A DNA stretch of 64,000 nucleotides from the NCBI GenBank assembly GCA_012295275.1, contig CM022678.1, positions 9,486,001 through 9,550,000 of the forward strand. Reading direction: 5' to 3'. Origin of the DNA: Chrysomallon squamiferum. Its lineage: Eukaryota > Animalia > Mollusca. Below are positions 13,668-26,950 of the stretch, piece by piece. The notes beneath the pieces are model-generated. The model was not told the DNA's origin. It ran no database searches and saw nothing but the letters and a program-made list of their open reading frames with translations. A program made the position numbers and the translations under genes. Numbering within the stretch: position 1 is the stretch's first letter; each line of letters starts with the position of its first letter.

Positions 13668-14213
13668 CTTTTTATTTATCTATTTGTTTATTTATTTATT
13701 TATTTGTAGTTTCTTTCTTTCTTTCTTTTCTTCTTTCTTTATTTGAAGATATATAAAATATTTCTCTTTCTGACAGATACATATATTAATAATGAATATT
13801 TTATTGTTATATATTTTTTTATCAAATTACTACATTATAAAGAATAAAATATACTAAATTTTTATCATCATCAAATTACAGTTAAAACTAAGTCAAAACT
13901 AATTTTTAAACTTTCTGATCAAAACAGAATAAAGTAAACTGTATTTTTGTGAGTTGAAAACAAAACAACAAATTGTTTTGATTACCTCTAGTACAAATAT
14001 AAGCTAAAAAGAAATAAAACTATGCTAATGGAAATATAGAAATGTGGAAGAATACTAATTTATCAGGCTATTTGTATACTACAAATAATTTACTTATTAT
14101 TGCTCCTTGCTCTAATCTGCTTTTCTTATTCTTAGTATTGAGAATATATTACGAATAACAAATTAAGAAGAATGTAAATCAAACAGGTAAGTTAATGTCT
14201 GTGTTTTTCATAC

Positions 14214-14296
14214 CAGTTTTTTTACAAACATCTCTGTCTGTGTGTGTCCCATTCTGATGTTTAGATAACAACACTTGTCAGTTTTGTGGTATGTGT
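14214..14296 (-). pseudogene. CAMSAP: CAMSAP post-CH exon (HIPQNRQVLLSKHQ-like), copy C
   Basis: ttttcag/gtatg bounded. Four paralogous copies at 14214, 17557, 46833 and 63481. Assigned mainly by position. Confidence 0.55.
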
Positions 14297-14699
14297 CTGA
14301 AAAAGTAAAAACAAAGATAATTTAATTTTTTATTGTTTTTATTAGTAACATTATTTAGTGTTATGTGTATATCAATGCCATTTACTGATACATATGAATG
14401 TTTGTTGAAAAATCATTTTCTTTTAAACATATTTCATTACAACCTGATTATTGATAAACATAAATTCTGCTAAAACATAACAAATCTGAAATAAAGAGGA
14501 AATATTTTATTTAAGAACATACACTGAATGTTTTCAACTAGTTCTTTTTATCTTAAAAGGTAAATAACAATACAGCTAAAGAAAAAGAAAACCTGTTTCT
14601 GAAATATGAACTGACACCTTTTTTAACTAAGCAACTAAAAATATATTTCTAATATACATCTTTCCACAGAAAAAACAACAGAATTCTTTTTAAAAAAAC

Positions 14700-15800
14700 A
14701 CACATTTTTTTTATGTAAATAATTTTGAATAAAATTTATAAGCATATTCTAATATATCTTCCATTTTTCTAATTAATCTATTTACTCTTCTAAGTTCTTT
14801 AATAGAATTTGATTAGTATTTTAATTTTTCTGAATTCAGAAACAAAACACTGTATTTCTGTCCATATCTAGGTCCTATTGAGCTTTAGGTCTTAAAATAA
14901 CACCATTACACTTAATCTCTAAATTAATTTTAACTTTTCTTCTTTGTATGTTACTCAAATCATGATGCTTATTTACAGCTAGTTTAGGATATTCTCATTT
15001 TAAAGCATTTTGTATATTATAATATTTCTAGTTGTCTAATTGTCTCTTATTTAGTGCAAAATGTTTTATATTTTAAGTTATTTGATCAAACAACAGGTTC
15101 AGTTTGTAACAAAGGACACTCAGAAGCATTATTAATTACTTCAACAAGAGCTTTACAGAAAATTTCATCTTTCAACAATTCATTATTAAAAATTCAAATA
15201 ACTTGACTTCTCTCTACAAAAGAAAATTCTATTTTAAGTGATAATAAATTGTAATCATTAATTGAAGTATATGATATATATGCATTACTTATAAACTGTA
15301 ATAAATTTTGAGAAATTAAAAATAACTCAATTTTTGACTGTTTTATAGGTTTTTTTCAACATTTTGAGATCTAGTAAATTGTTTTTTTATCTGGATTTCA
15401 ACCAAATATCAACTAAATTATAATTATAAATAACTGACTGTAATTCATCACTACTTATCACACTGAAAGTTTTATTATTAATGACTAAATCTAAATTAGG
15501 ATCTAAAATTACATTAAAATCTCCTGTCATTAATATATTTTTAAAATTCACAAATTTACATAATCATTTAAAAATAAAATATTTTCTGCAATATTATTTG
15601 GTGCATATCCACTTATAAAACTATGTTCATCACCATCTATTTTAGTATTAATTTTTAAAATCCTGCCTTCAGTGTCACAACTATTAAAGGTCAACTTATA
15701 AACACATTCTTTTGATATCAGTATTGCTACACCACTCCAGTATAAACACTAAAACTGAATATGACAAAATCCCAATGTTTCCAGTACAATAATAAATTTC
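14700..15800 (-). mobile_element. L1/Tx1-clade LINE fragment: APE endonuclease and linker
   Basis: Minus-strand remnants SGVAIL, DTEGRIL, GYAPNN, ILMTGDFNVILDPNL and IFNNELLKDE are typical of the L1/Tx1 endonuclease region. 14715-15130 is homologous to 33041-33449. Confidence 0.8.
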
Positions 15801-15873
15801 ATAAATTCATTTAATAAAAGATACAATTCAATTGTGGACTTGCAATGTAATTAAAAACTCTCACAAAACTTAC

Positions 15874-16112
15874 TTTCTGCTTCCTGATCATTCAGCAGCT
15901 GTCCTGTCTCTGTCAGTTTTATCATTTAAAACCAGAAGAACAGCTCTGTGAGAAAGGCTAAGAGGTTTTCTCGTACACTGTCTCGTGTGTACAGGAGATC
16001 CTCGTAGGTGAAATGGAAAAAGTTGATGGAAGATGCCGTTCACAGAATGTTTTGGTGAGGCGTAGATTATGTAAAGAATTAGCTATTCCTAACCCGTCTT
16101 TCAAACATATAT
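15874..16112 (-). pseudogene. CAMSAP: CAMSAP/Patronin calponin-homology (CH) domain exon, disrupted
   Basis: ICLKDGLGIANSLHNLRLTKTFCERHLPS/FHFTYEDLLYTRDSVRENLLAFLTELFFWF*MIK versus recalled CAMSAP1 DICLKEVTSMADSLYNIRLL...LTLEDMLY...FIAELFWWFE. ccctcag/gtaagt bounded; 239 nt (1-nt deletion in a T run) plus a GAA>TAA stop. Confidence 0.92.
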
Positions 16113-16208
16113 CTGAGGGAAAAATAAACAACAATGAGGCAATTAATATTCAATAACACAGTAAAGGAGGTTAAGGAGGACGAAAAGGATGTGATAACTG
16201 ACAGACAG

Positions 16209-16213
<5 letters not shown>

Positions 16214-16290
<77 letters not shown>
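16214..16290. repeat. (GA)n microsatellite at a duplication junction
   Basis: Read directly; its right flank is homologous to the right flank of (GA)n at 46130-46217. Confidence 0.95.
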
Positions 16291-16294
<4 letters not shown>

Positions 16295-16606
16295 TATATA
16301 AAATATCCCTATTTTTGACAGATACATATATTAACAATCAATGTTTTATTCTAACAGGATTTTTGTTTGAAATTACTAAGTTATAAATTACTAAATGCAT
16401 TATATAGAGTCTTTCTTAGAATTATCAAATTATACTAAAACCTGAGGGAGAGCAAAATCTCTTTTTAACCTTTCACATAAAAAAATAAATAAAGTAGTCT
16501 GTTTTCTGACAAGTTCAAAACAAAACAAGAAATAGTTTTGATTACTCCTAGTATAAATATAAGCTAAAAAATAAATAAAACAATGCTACTGGAAATATGG
16601 AAGAAT

Positions 16607-17450
16607 ACTAAGTTATCAAGCTATTTGTATACTACAATTACTTTACTTATTATTATGACTCTACTTGCTAAGTCATCAAGCTATTTGTATACTACAATTA
16701 CTTTACTTTTTATTATTTACTCTCCTTGATAAGTTATCAAGCTATTTGTATACTACAATTACTTTACTTATTATTATAGACTCTCCTTGCTAAGTTAAGC
16801 TATTTGTATACTACAATTACTTTACTTATTATTATGACTCTCCTTGCTAAGTTATCAAGCTATTTGTATACTACAATTACTTTACTTATTATTATGACTC
16901 TACTTGCTAAGTTATCAAGCTATTTGTATACTACAATTACTTTACTTATTATTATGACTCTCCTTGCTAAGTTATCAAGCTATTTGTATACTACAATTAC
17001 TTTACTTATCAAGCTATTTGTACTATCCTTACTAAGTTATTATTATGGACTCTCCTTTTATCAAGCTATTTGTATACTACAATTACTTTACTTATTATTA
17101 TGGACTCTCCTTGCTAAGTTATCAAGCTATTTGTATACTACAATTACTTTACTTATTATTATGACTCTCCTTGCTAAGTTATCAAGCTATTTGTATACTA
17201 CAATTACTTTACTTATTATTATGACTCTCCTTGCTAAGTTATCAAGCTATTTGTATACTACAATTACTTTACTTATTATTATTAATTTATTATTATAGAC
17301 TCTCCTTGCTAAGTTATCAAGCTATTTTATTTATTTACTACATTTGTATACTACAATTACTTTACTTATTATTATGACTCTCCTTGCTAAGTTATCAAGC
17401 TATTTGTATCCTACAATTACTTTACTTATTATTATGGACTCTCCTTGCTC
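16607..17450. repeat. 60-61 bp minisatellite (about 13 units)
   Basis: Unit ctccttgctaagttatcaagctatttgtatactacaattactttacttattattat(g)gact. Confidence 0.95.
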
Positions 17451-17556
17451 TAATCTGCTTTTCTTATTCTTTGTATTGAGAATATATTACCAATACACAA
17501 GTGAGAAGAATGTAAGTTGATATGTAAACAGGTAAGTTAATGTCTGTGTTTCATAC

Positions 17557-17653
17557 CAGTTTGTTGAGAAACATCTCTGTCTGTTCTGCTGTCTGTATAT
17601 TTGTCCCATTCTGATGTTTAGATAACAACACTTGTCTGTTTTGTGGTATGTGT
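17557..17653 (-). pseudogene. CAMSAP: CAMSAP post-CH exon, copy B
   Basis: 97-nt exon HIPQNRQVLLSKHQNGTNIQTAEQTEMFLNKL with intact ag/gt; paralog of 14214-14296. Confidence 0.55.
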
Positions 17654-17869
17654 CTGAAAAAGTAAAAACAGAGATAATTTAATTTTTTAGTTTTTTTATT
17701 AGTAACATTATTTAGTGTTACATATATATCAATGCCATTTACTGATATAAATGAATGTTTGTTGAAAAATCAGTATCTTTTAACATAAATAATTATAACA
17801 TTAAATCAATACTAAACAACAGTAAAAAATAGGAATTCACACACATATATACACTCAGATACACATATT

Positions 17870-20072
17870 ATCTAATAAAACACATATTATATTAATGTTT
17901 GTTCCTTTCAATTCATCTATCCCACACCTCTTGAACACTGATATTCTATAAATTGATAGAATAATACTTATGAATTCTATTGAACAATTTTTTAATTGTT
18001 AGAAAACATCCAAATATTAATAGTATTTTAATTGATCTAATGAAAACCCTGTTTTCTTAAATATTTGAATAAATATTTCATGAAAGATAGATATTAGTTC
18101 CGACAATTCTTCACAATACAAAAATAAATGGCACACATCTTCATTATCCTTCAGATACACTGGACATACACTAGATGAGATTTTTCCATGTCTACATAAT
18201 TTACTATATGTATACATTACATGTTGAGCTGTTCTCAAATCTAAGTCAGTAAATTCAGTAAATTTAACACTGTAGTGTATCCATTTCCAAACTGGTCTCC
18301 AGAATTTATTAAAACCAAGCTCAGTCCATTTTTCTTCACATGTAGGTGCTTTAACATTTTTTGAAAGTAAAATAGAATAAAATATTTTAACTGTAAATGT
18401 ACTGACATTTATCACATCATTATTATGAAAGAGAAATAGATATTTATTAGGTGTTAATCTTTTAGCATTTTTGTCAATACAACTTTTCCATTCATCTGGA
18501 ACTGATTTCAGAATAACACTGTAAGCTATATACATTTGTGTTTTGGGTAATTCCAGATATTTTTCATGAAAAACTTCAACAACAGATGTATAAGGAAGGA
18601 CACCTGATGTTACTTCATATGCAATATCAGCCACTTTGAATACAAGAACTAAACAGCAATAATTTATTTATATATTTTAATGAATGGGTTCTGTAAAAGT
18701 GGTTGAGACAATATTTCATCTGTATCAAAAGGGAAAATATGTTCTGTGTTATTAACACAGTCCCAAGATGATAACATTTCAGCATCAAAAGGGTTGAGAA
18801 CTTTTAAAGCGTCTTTACTGTAAACTATCTTAAAAATGTCAATTTAAATTCATATTCATGTATTTTCCAAGAAATTTAAAAATTATTATCAAAATATTTC
18901 TTTAAGATTTTAAGCCATTTTCTTTAATGAAACATCTTGAACATTTAGCTCTCCTGACTTTTTATTTTCAATTATTGTTGAATACTTTATTAAAAGTGTT
19001 TTTCTATTACATAAAAATTTACAAAATAACTTGTGAATTTCATTTTCTTCCCAGTTTGTTACATTTATTGTGCTAATCATATATCACAGTCTAGATGTTA
19101 ATAAAGTATTCCATACTTCTGCTTTTCCTAGTAAAGTAAGTTTCATTTGACTCCATAAATTAATTAAATTACAAATTTTATCAAATTTATTTTTCCATTT
19201 TAACCTTTCACATAATGACTTGTTTGGTTCTAAATATATACCTAGAATTTTAACACAGGCTTTATTCACTGATATCAGAATGTTAAATGATAAGTATTTT
19301 TATAGTCTTACCAAGACAAAGTACTTCTGACTTACCTATATTGACTTTTACACATTTTCTGTATTAAAAACAGGTTCTACTGACTGAGCATCACAGACTG
19401 TTACACATTTACTGTATTAAAAACAGGTTCTACTGACTGAGCATCACAGACTGTTACACATTTATTAAAAACAGGTTCTGAGCATCACAGACTGTTACAA
19501 AAAAAACAGGTTCTACTGACTGAGCATCACAGACTGTTACACATTTACTGTATTAAAAACAGGTTCTACTGACTGAGCATCACAGACTGTTACAGTAGAA
19601 TCATCTGCATGCTGAAATAATAAACAACTAAATTCATTTGTTATTCTAATTCCATTCATGCTGTGTCTACTTATAATTAAATTATTTAAGGGTTCAGCTA
19701 CAATAAGATAAAGCATCATTGGTATTGGACATCCTTGTCTAACACCTCTTGTAATATTAAAGAAATGTGTTAAATGTCCATTAATCTTGACACAACTTTT
19801 TATATCATTATAGAGTATTTTAATCCACATTATAAATTTATCACTGAAACTGAAGGTTTTTCAGAACTTTTAAAATAAAACTATGTGAAACTCTATCAAA
19901 AGCTTTTTCTTGATCCATTTCAACAATAAACCCTTCAGTTTTATTTAACTCAGCAATATCTGTAACATCCCTCACTACACAATATTATCAGCAACATCTC
20001 TTCCTTTTACACAACAGCTTTGTTCTGATGAAATAATAGTTGACATAACCTGTTTAACACGATTAGCAAAAA
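17870..20072 (-). mobile_element. L1/Tx1-clade LINE fragment: reverse transcriptase to C-terminal zinc-finger region, degenerate
   Basis: ORFs with TRGVRQGCPIPMMLY, QHADD, KILGIYL and CPVYLKDNEDVCHLFLYC (zf-RVT-like); frameshifted. Confidence 0.92.
19345..19592. repeat. About 53 bp tandem duplication inside the LINE RT (4-5 imperfect units)
   Basis: ttacacatttactgtattaaaaacaggttctactgactgagcatcacagactg repeated here; single copy at 48856. Confidence 0.9.
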
Positions 20073-20549
20073 GTCTAAGTATTTGTCATTTCTGCAAGTC
20101 ATGCACATCTGTATATAAAAAAACAATCATGTACATGTTCTGTATTTTGTGTAAACAATCAGAACCTTAACACTACAAATAGTTCAATAACTAACCTGAC
20201 TATCAAGACCAATTAAAACAAAACCTTACATAATCAGCAGTATGTAAGTAACTGCAGTATTGAAAACACTGAGATACACCATGCTACTCAGTGATAAATA
20301 ATAATGACAATTCTTACATACAATCTCAAAATAAAGCTAAGTCTTCAGTTTTTGTAAAATCACACTGTACTGGCTATAATTGAAATTCATTCACTGAGGA
20401 TTTGTAATGCTACGTAATATACATTTATCTAAATAAAACAGCTGAAAAAAAAAAAATTTCCTCATTCTTTGATTTATGGGCCAGTGATAAGAGTGTCTGT
20501 CTATGTTTCAATGTGTGCATCAGTGTGTATGTACTTGTGTAAGTCTGTA

Positions 20550-21330
20550 TGCATGTATATTTGTGTATTTGAGTTTGTATGTATTTTTATATGTATGTTG
20601 TATGCATGTGTATTTGTGTATTTGTGTTTGTATGTATTTTTATATTTGAGTGTTATGTATTTTTATGCATGTTGTATGCATGTGTATTTGAGTTTTGTAT
20701 GTGTTTTTTTATATGTATGTTGTTGTATGCATGTGTATTTGTGTGTTTGAGTTTGTATGTATTTTTTGATATGTATGTTGTATGCATGTGCATTGTATTT
20801 GTGTATTTGAGTTTGTATGTATTTTTATGTATGTTGTATTGTGTATTTGTGTATTTGAGTTTGTATGTATTTTTATATGTATGTTGTATGCATGTGTATT
20901 TGTGTATTTGAGTTTGTATGTATTTTTATATGTATGTTGTATGCATGTGTATTTGTGTATTTGTTTGTGTGTATTTTTATATGTATGTTGTATGCATGTG
21001 TATTTGTGTATTTGAGGTTGTATGTATTTTTATATGTATGTTGTATGCATGTGTATTTGTGTATTTGAGTTTGTATGTATTTTTATATGTATGTTGTATG
21101 CATGTGTATTTGTGTATTTGTTTGTGTGTATTTTTATATGTATGTTGTATGCATGTGTATTTTTGTATTTGAGTTTGTATGTGTTTTTATATGTATGTTG
21201 TATGCATGTGTATTTGTGTATTTGAGTTTGTATGTGTTTTTATATGTATGTTGTATGCATGTGTATTTGTGTATTTGAGTTTGTATGTGTTTTTATATGT
21301 ATGTTGTATATGCATGTGTATTTGTGTATG
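20550..21330. repeat. About 53 bp TG-rich minisatellite
   Basis: Unit gtatttgagtttgtatgtatttttatatgtatgttgtatgcatgtgtatttgt. Confidence 0.9.
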
Positions 21331-22419
21331 TTTATATTATGTGTATTTGAGTATGATAAGTAAGTCTGTATCTGCATGTATCTGTGTGCTTATGTGTGCA
21401 TCACTATGTATGTATTTCTGCATGTTTGCATGTACGTGTATCTGTGTATGTATTTCTTCATGTTTGCATGTATGTGTATCTGTGCATGTTTGTATTGTAT
21501 GTTTAAGTATGTATGCATGTATGTATGTCTGTCTGTATGTATGTATGTATGTGTGGATATGTTTGTATTATGTGTGTAAGAGTGTGAATGTATTTGTGTA
21601 TCTGTGTGTTTGTATTTTGTGTGTGTTGTATGTGTGAATTTGTTTATTTAGTCAAATTATCTAGTGATGATGAATATGTTTCTGAATGTGTGTTTTTGTG
21701 TATGTTTTTGAATGTTTTACCTGCTGAAATTAAATAGCAATAGATTTTGAATATAATACCTATCTATGTTTGGTTATTATTATTTTTTTTATTATTTTAA
21801 ATAAAGTTACTAATTTAAAATCAAACAATCACATTAAAATAGAAAAATAAAAATATTCAATAAACATACTCAATTAAAAACTCATAAATCATCAAAAACA
21901 CACACACACACACATGCACACATTCACAGACACACATTCACACACACACACATACATACACACACCTATACACATACATACACACACACACAGCGACACA
22001 CACATACACACATGCGCATGCACATACACACACGTGCATTCCAATAAAAACATCCATACAAACAGATACAAACACAAATACAAACACACTCACACAGAAA
22101 CTGACTCACACACAGACAAACACACACCATACAAATACAGACACATTCACAAACACATGTAGACATACAAACTTAATACAATACCCATACACACTCACAC
22201 ACATATATATAAACACATACACAGAAACACACACACACATACATACATACATACATATAACATGCAGAATAAAAACTCACTCTTACACATCATACAAAGA
22301 TAATTATGTAGAAACAAAATGACACACAGTGCTATAAAGAGATAAGAGGCATATAAAAATATCACTTGTTTGTAGGTAAAAAGATGATGGAGGTAGAGCA
22401 TGTTCCGGTGATAGAAGCA

Positions 22420-22935
22420 GAAAACACCAGTAACACAGTCAGTGAAAACACCAGTAACACAGTCAGTGAAAACACCAGTAACACAGTCAGTGAAAACAGC
22501 AGTAACACAGTCAGTGAAAACACCTGTAACACAGTCAGTGAAAACACCAGTAACACAGTCAGTGAAAACACCAGTAACACAGTCAGTGAAAACACCAGTA
22601 ACACAGTCAGAGAAAACAGCAGTAACACAGTCAGAGAAAACAGCAGTAACAGTCAGTGAAAACACCTGTAACACAGTCAGAAAACACCAGTAACAGTAAC
22701 ACAGTCAGTGAAAACAGCAGTAACACAGTCAGTGAAAACACCTGTAACACAGTCAGTGAAAACACCTGTAACACAGTAACACAGTGAAAACACCAGTAAC
22801 ACAGTCAGTGAAAACAGCAGTAACACAGTCAGTGAAAACACCAGTAACACAGTCACTGAAAACACAGTTCAGTCAGAAACTAGCTTATAGAGAACAGCAG
22901 TAACACAGTCAGTGAAAACAGCAGTAACACAGTGA
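22420..22935. repeat. 24 bp minisatellite
   Basis: Unit gaaaacaccagtaacacagtcagt. Confidence 0.95.
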
Positions 22936-24302
22936 AAACACAGTTCAGTCAGAAAACCAACAGCAGTAACACAGTCAGAAAAAACAGTTCAGTCAGAAAC
23001 CAGCTTAAAGAGAACAGCAGTAACACAGTCAGTGAAAACACAGTTCAGTCAGAAACCAGCTTAAAGAGAACAGCAGTAACACAGTCAGTGAAAACACAGT
23101 TCAGTCAGAAACCAGCTTAAAGAGAACAGCAGTAACACAGTCAGTGAAAACACAGTTCAGTCAGAAACCAGCTTAAAGAGAACAGCAGTAACACAGTCAG
23201 TGAAAACACAGTTCAGTCAGAAACCAGCTTAAAGAGAACAGCAGTAACACAGTCAGTGAAAACACAGTTCAGTCAGAAACCAGCTTAAAGAGAACAGCAG
23301 TAACACAGTCAGTGAAAACACAGTTCAGTCAGAAACTAGCTTAAAGAGAACAGCAGTAACACAGTCAGTGAAAACAGTTCAGTCAGAAACCAGCTTAAAG
23401 AGAACAGCAGTAACACAGTCAGTGAAAACACAGTTCAGTCAGAAACCAGCTTAAAGAGAACAGCAGACACAGTCAGTGAAAACACAGTTCAGTCAGAAAC
23501 CAGCTTAAAGAGAACAGCAGTAACACAGTCAGTGAAAACACAGTTCAGTCAGAAACCAGCTTAAAGAGAACAGCAGTAACACAGTCAGTGAAAACACAGT
23601 TCAGTCAGAAACCAGCTTAAAGAGAACAGCAGTAACACAGTCTGTGAAAACACAGTTCAGTCAGAAACCAGCTTAAAGAGAACAGCAGTAACACAGTCTG
23701 TGAAAACACAGTTCAGTCAGAAACTAGCTTAAAGAGAACAGCAGTAACACAGTCTGTGAAAACACAGTTCAGTCAGAAACCAGCTTAAAGAGAACAGCAG
23801 TAACACAGTCAGTGAAAACACAGTTCAGTCAGAAACTAGCTTAAAGAGAACAGCAGTAACACAGTCTGTGAAAACACAGTTCAGTCAGAAACTAGCTTAA
23901 AGAGAACAGCAGTAACACAGTCAGTGAAAACAGTTCAGTCAGAAACTAGCTTAAAGAGAACAGCAGCTAAACAGTCTGTGAAAACACAGTTCAGTCAGAA
24001 ACTAGCTTAAAGAGAACAGCAGTAACACAGTCAGTGAAAACACAGTTCAGTCAGAAACCAGCTTAAAGAGAACAGCAGTAACACAGTCAGTGAAAACACA
24101 GTTCAGTCAGAAACCAGCTTAAAGAGAACAGCAGTAACACAGTCACAGTGAAAACACAGTTCAGTCAGAAACCAGCTTAAAGAGAACAGCAGTAACACAG
24201 TCAGTGAAAACACAGTTCAGTCAGAAACTAGCTTAAAGAGAACAGCAGTAACAGTCAGTGAAAACACAGTTCAGTCAGAAACTAGCTTAAAGAGAACAGC
24301 AG
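22936..24302. repeat. 56 bp minisatellite (about 24 units)
   Basis: Unit gaaaacacagttcagtcagaaaccagcttaaagagaacagcagtaacacagtcagt; period 56 (23041 to 23097). Confidence 0.97.
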
Positions 24303-25244
24303 CAGAAAGTAGTGATGAAACAACTACAGCAACAACAGCAGATTTGAAGAAAACAGAATCAAGCATGTTGCATTTTGACTTTATCATATTTCTCAAAGAA
24401 ATGTAAAAATAAAATATCTGATCAAAGGATATCGCTACTTTCATGTAAAATGTATTTGCATAATTTATCAGTTTGAAATAAGTCTTATGAAATCAAAATG
24501 TATTTTTTAAGAAAGTGAACATATTTCTGTACAGCTAATATTTTGTTAACAGTTTATATATTTTAATTTGATAGATCAAATATGAGTTTCAATACATTAC
24601 AAACAAACTCATTAGTTGATGATAGTTTGTCTTTAACTTATAGCATCTGTGCTGTCTCAGTCCAGCCATGGCTGTAAACCAAATAATACAGATCTTTACA
24701 TACATACTGTTTTTAGTCACCATGGCAACACATATATTTCATTTACCGGTTGCCATGGCTATTTTTTACGTATTTTAAATAAAACTCTGTTTTCAGGGAA
24801 TGTGGGTAGACTGGAGGCTGTACAAGGAAATGTCTGTCAGACTTACCCATTTTTATTTCACTTTTTATTTTATTTTATTTTGTTTAAAGATTTGAAGTAT
24901 GTACCCAAGTAATCAGTGTAATAAAGTAAAAATATTCAGTTAATACATTTTTTAAAGTATGACCTAATAACTGACTTTGTACATTCTTTATATTAAGATG
25001 TTTTGTTGTTTTGTTTGCTTTTATTAAAAAAAGAAATATCTCAACACTGTATTAAATATTATAAAAATAGAATAAAAATCTATTTCTCTTTTTATTGTTG
25101 TTGTTATTTTATATATTTGTAGAATTGTTTCAAATATTATTCATGTTTTTTATTGTTGTTGTTTTTTTATTAGAAAGAAATGTATCAACATTGAAAGACT
25201 AATTTATTATTATTACATTAAGAGAGTTTTATTTCTCCTTTCAT

Positions 25245-25887
25245 TTATATGGTAGGGATTAGAGGCACTGTTATTGTTACATCAAAGACAAGTTATATGT
25301 TACATCAAAGACAAGTTATATGGTAGGATTAGAGGCACTGTTATTGTTACATCAAAGACCAGTTATATAGTAGGGATTAGAGGTACTGTTATTGTTACAT
25401 CAAAGACAAGTTATATGGTAGGATTAGAGGCACTGTTATTGTTACATCAAAGACAAGTTATATAGTAGGGATTAGAGGCACTGTTATTGTTACATCAAAG
25501 AAAAGTTATATGGTAGGGATTAGAGGTACTGTTATTGTTACATCAAAGACAAGTTATATAGTAGGGATTAGAGGTACTGTTATTTTTACATCAAAGACCA
25601 GTTATATAGTAGGGATTAGAGGTACTGTTATTGTTACATCAAAGACAAGTTATATAGTAGGGATTAGATGTACTGTTATTGTTACATCAAAGACCAGTTA
25701 TATGGTAGGGATTAGAGGTACTGTTATTGTTACATCAAAGACAAGTTATATAGTAGGGATTAGAGGTACTGTTATTGTTACATCAAAGACCAGTTATATA
25801 GTAGGGATTAGAGATACTGTTATTGTTACATCAAAGACAAGTTATATAGTAGGGATTAGAGGTACTGTTATTGTTACATCAAAGACA
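25245..25887. repeat. 48 bp minisatellite (about 13 units)
   Basis: Unit agttatatagtagggattagaggtactgttattgttacatcaaagaca. Confidence 0.95.
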
Positions 25888-25967
25888 CAAGGAACTGGCA
25901 TCAAGTTTTTTCAATTCAGGAAGAACTCGAGCTACAGCAAGCAACCATCCACTTTAGCAACTGTCTT

Positions 25968-26148
25968 ACCTGACCAGCTGCCACCCAACTCCAATCTTGA
26001 CCAGCTTTCACCCAACTGGGAACCTGACCAGCTGTCACCCAACTCGAATCTTGACCAGCTGTCACCCAACTCGAAACCTGACCAGCTGTCACCCAACTTG
26101 GAACCTGACCAGCTGTCACCCAACTCGAAACCTGACCACCTGTCACCC
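25968..26148. repeat. 27 bp tandem repeat (about 7 units) inside a putative exon
   Basis: Unit cctgaccagctgtcacccaactcgaaa; reads FELGDSWSG on the minus strand. Confidence 0.92.
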
Positions 26149-26459
26149 AGTGAAGGAGCCAGTTTGATGTGTGTCTCCAGAGACAGCTGTTGTCTCATGA
26201 TGTCTCTTATATCAGGCTGTCAAAGGAGTCCACTGCAGGAGGACAAGAGTTTGTGAAATGAAATTGTGAAGTGAAAAAAAGCTGTCAAACAAAATGTTTC
26301 AACAACAATTTTTTTTGTGCAACTCAAGATGTTATTCAAGTTTGAACTGCTGTAATAAACAGAACACAACTTGTGATTTGTTTCAAAATAAATGTTTTCA
26401 TTTTGCCTAATGACTAAAGGTCCATTTCAGTCATTTGGCCTAATTCCTATAAATTTTAC

Positions 26460-26530
26460 TCATTAGGACAAAACCCTGGTTGTCTTCGGTTGTATGCTAA
26501 ACATTTCAACCATTCGGGCAAGTGACTAGT
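26460..26530 (-). mobile_element. Possible degenerate tRNA-derived SINE head
   Basis: Minus strand gtcacttgcccgaatggtt (A-box-like) ... agggttttgtcc (degenerate B-box) about 45 nt apart. Confidence 0.25.
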
Positions 26531-26604
26531 TTGACATACTGACTGTAACATGTATACATTAAATTCACAGACACTCTTCAAAAAACTCACTAGCACATTT
26601 TCCT

Positions 26605-26950
26605 TCACACACACACACACACACACACAGGCACACAGACACAAACACACAGGCACATAGACACAAACACACAGGCACATAGACACAAACACACAGGCAC
26701 ATAGACACAAACACAGACATAAACACAAACACACACACAAACACACAGGCACACAGGCAAACACACAGGCAACAAACACACAGGCACATAGACACAAACA
26801 CACACACAACACATAGGCACACAGACACAAACACACACACACACACACACACAAACACACAGGCACACAGACACAAACACAGGCACATAGACACAAGCAC
26901 AGTATAAACACATTTCCCTTCACATACACACACACACAAACACATTTCCC
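26605..26950. repeat. CA-rich minisatellite (cacacaggcacatagacacaaa-like)
   Basis: Read directly. Confidence 0.85.

Larger units (their letters stand above)
4031..14370. repeat. Segmental duplication block, copy C (paralogous to 55049-63645 and in part to 49590-54509)
   Basis: Starts with ttagtttacactgaaacactgattagtttgtag, identical at 55049. Long colinear near-identity with copy F; near-identical ORFs at 11795/52951/60646 and 7737/57990. Confidence 0.95.
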
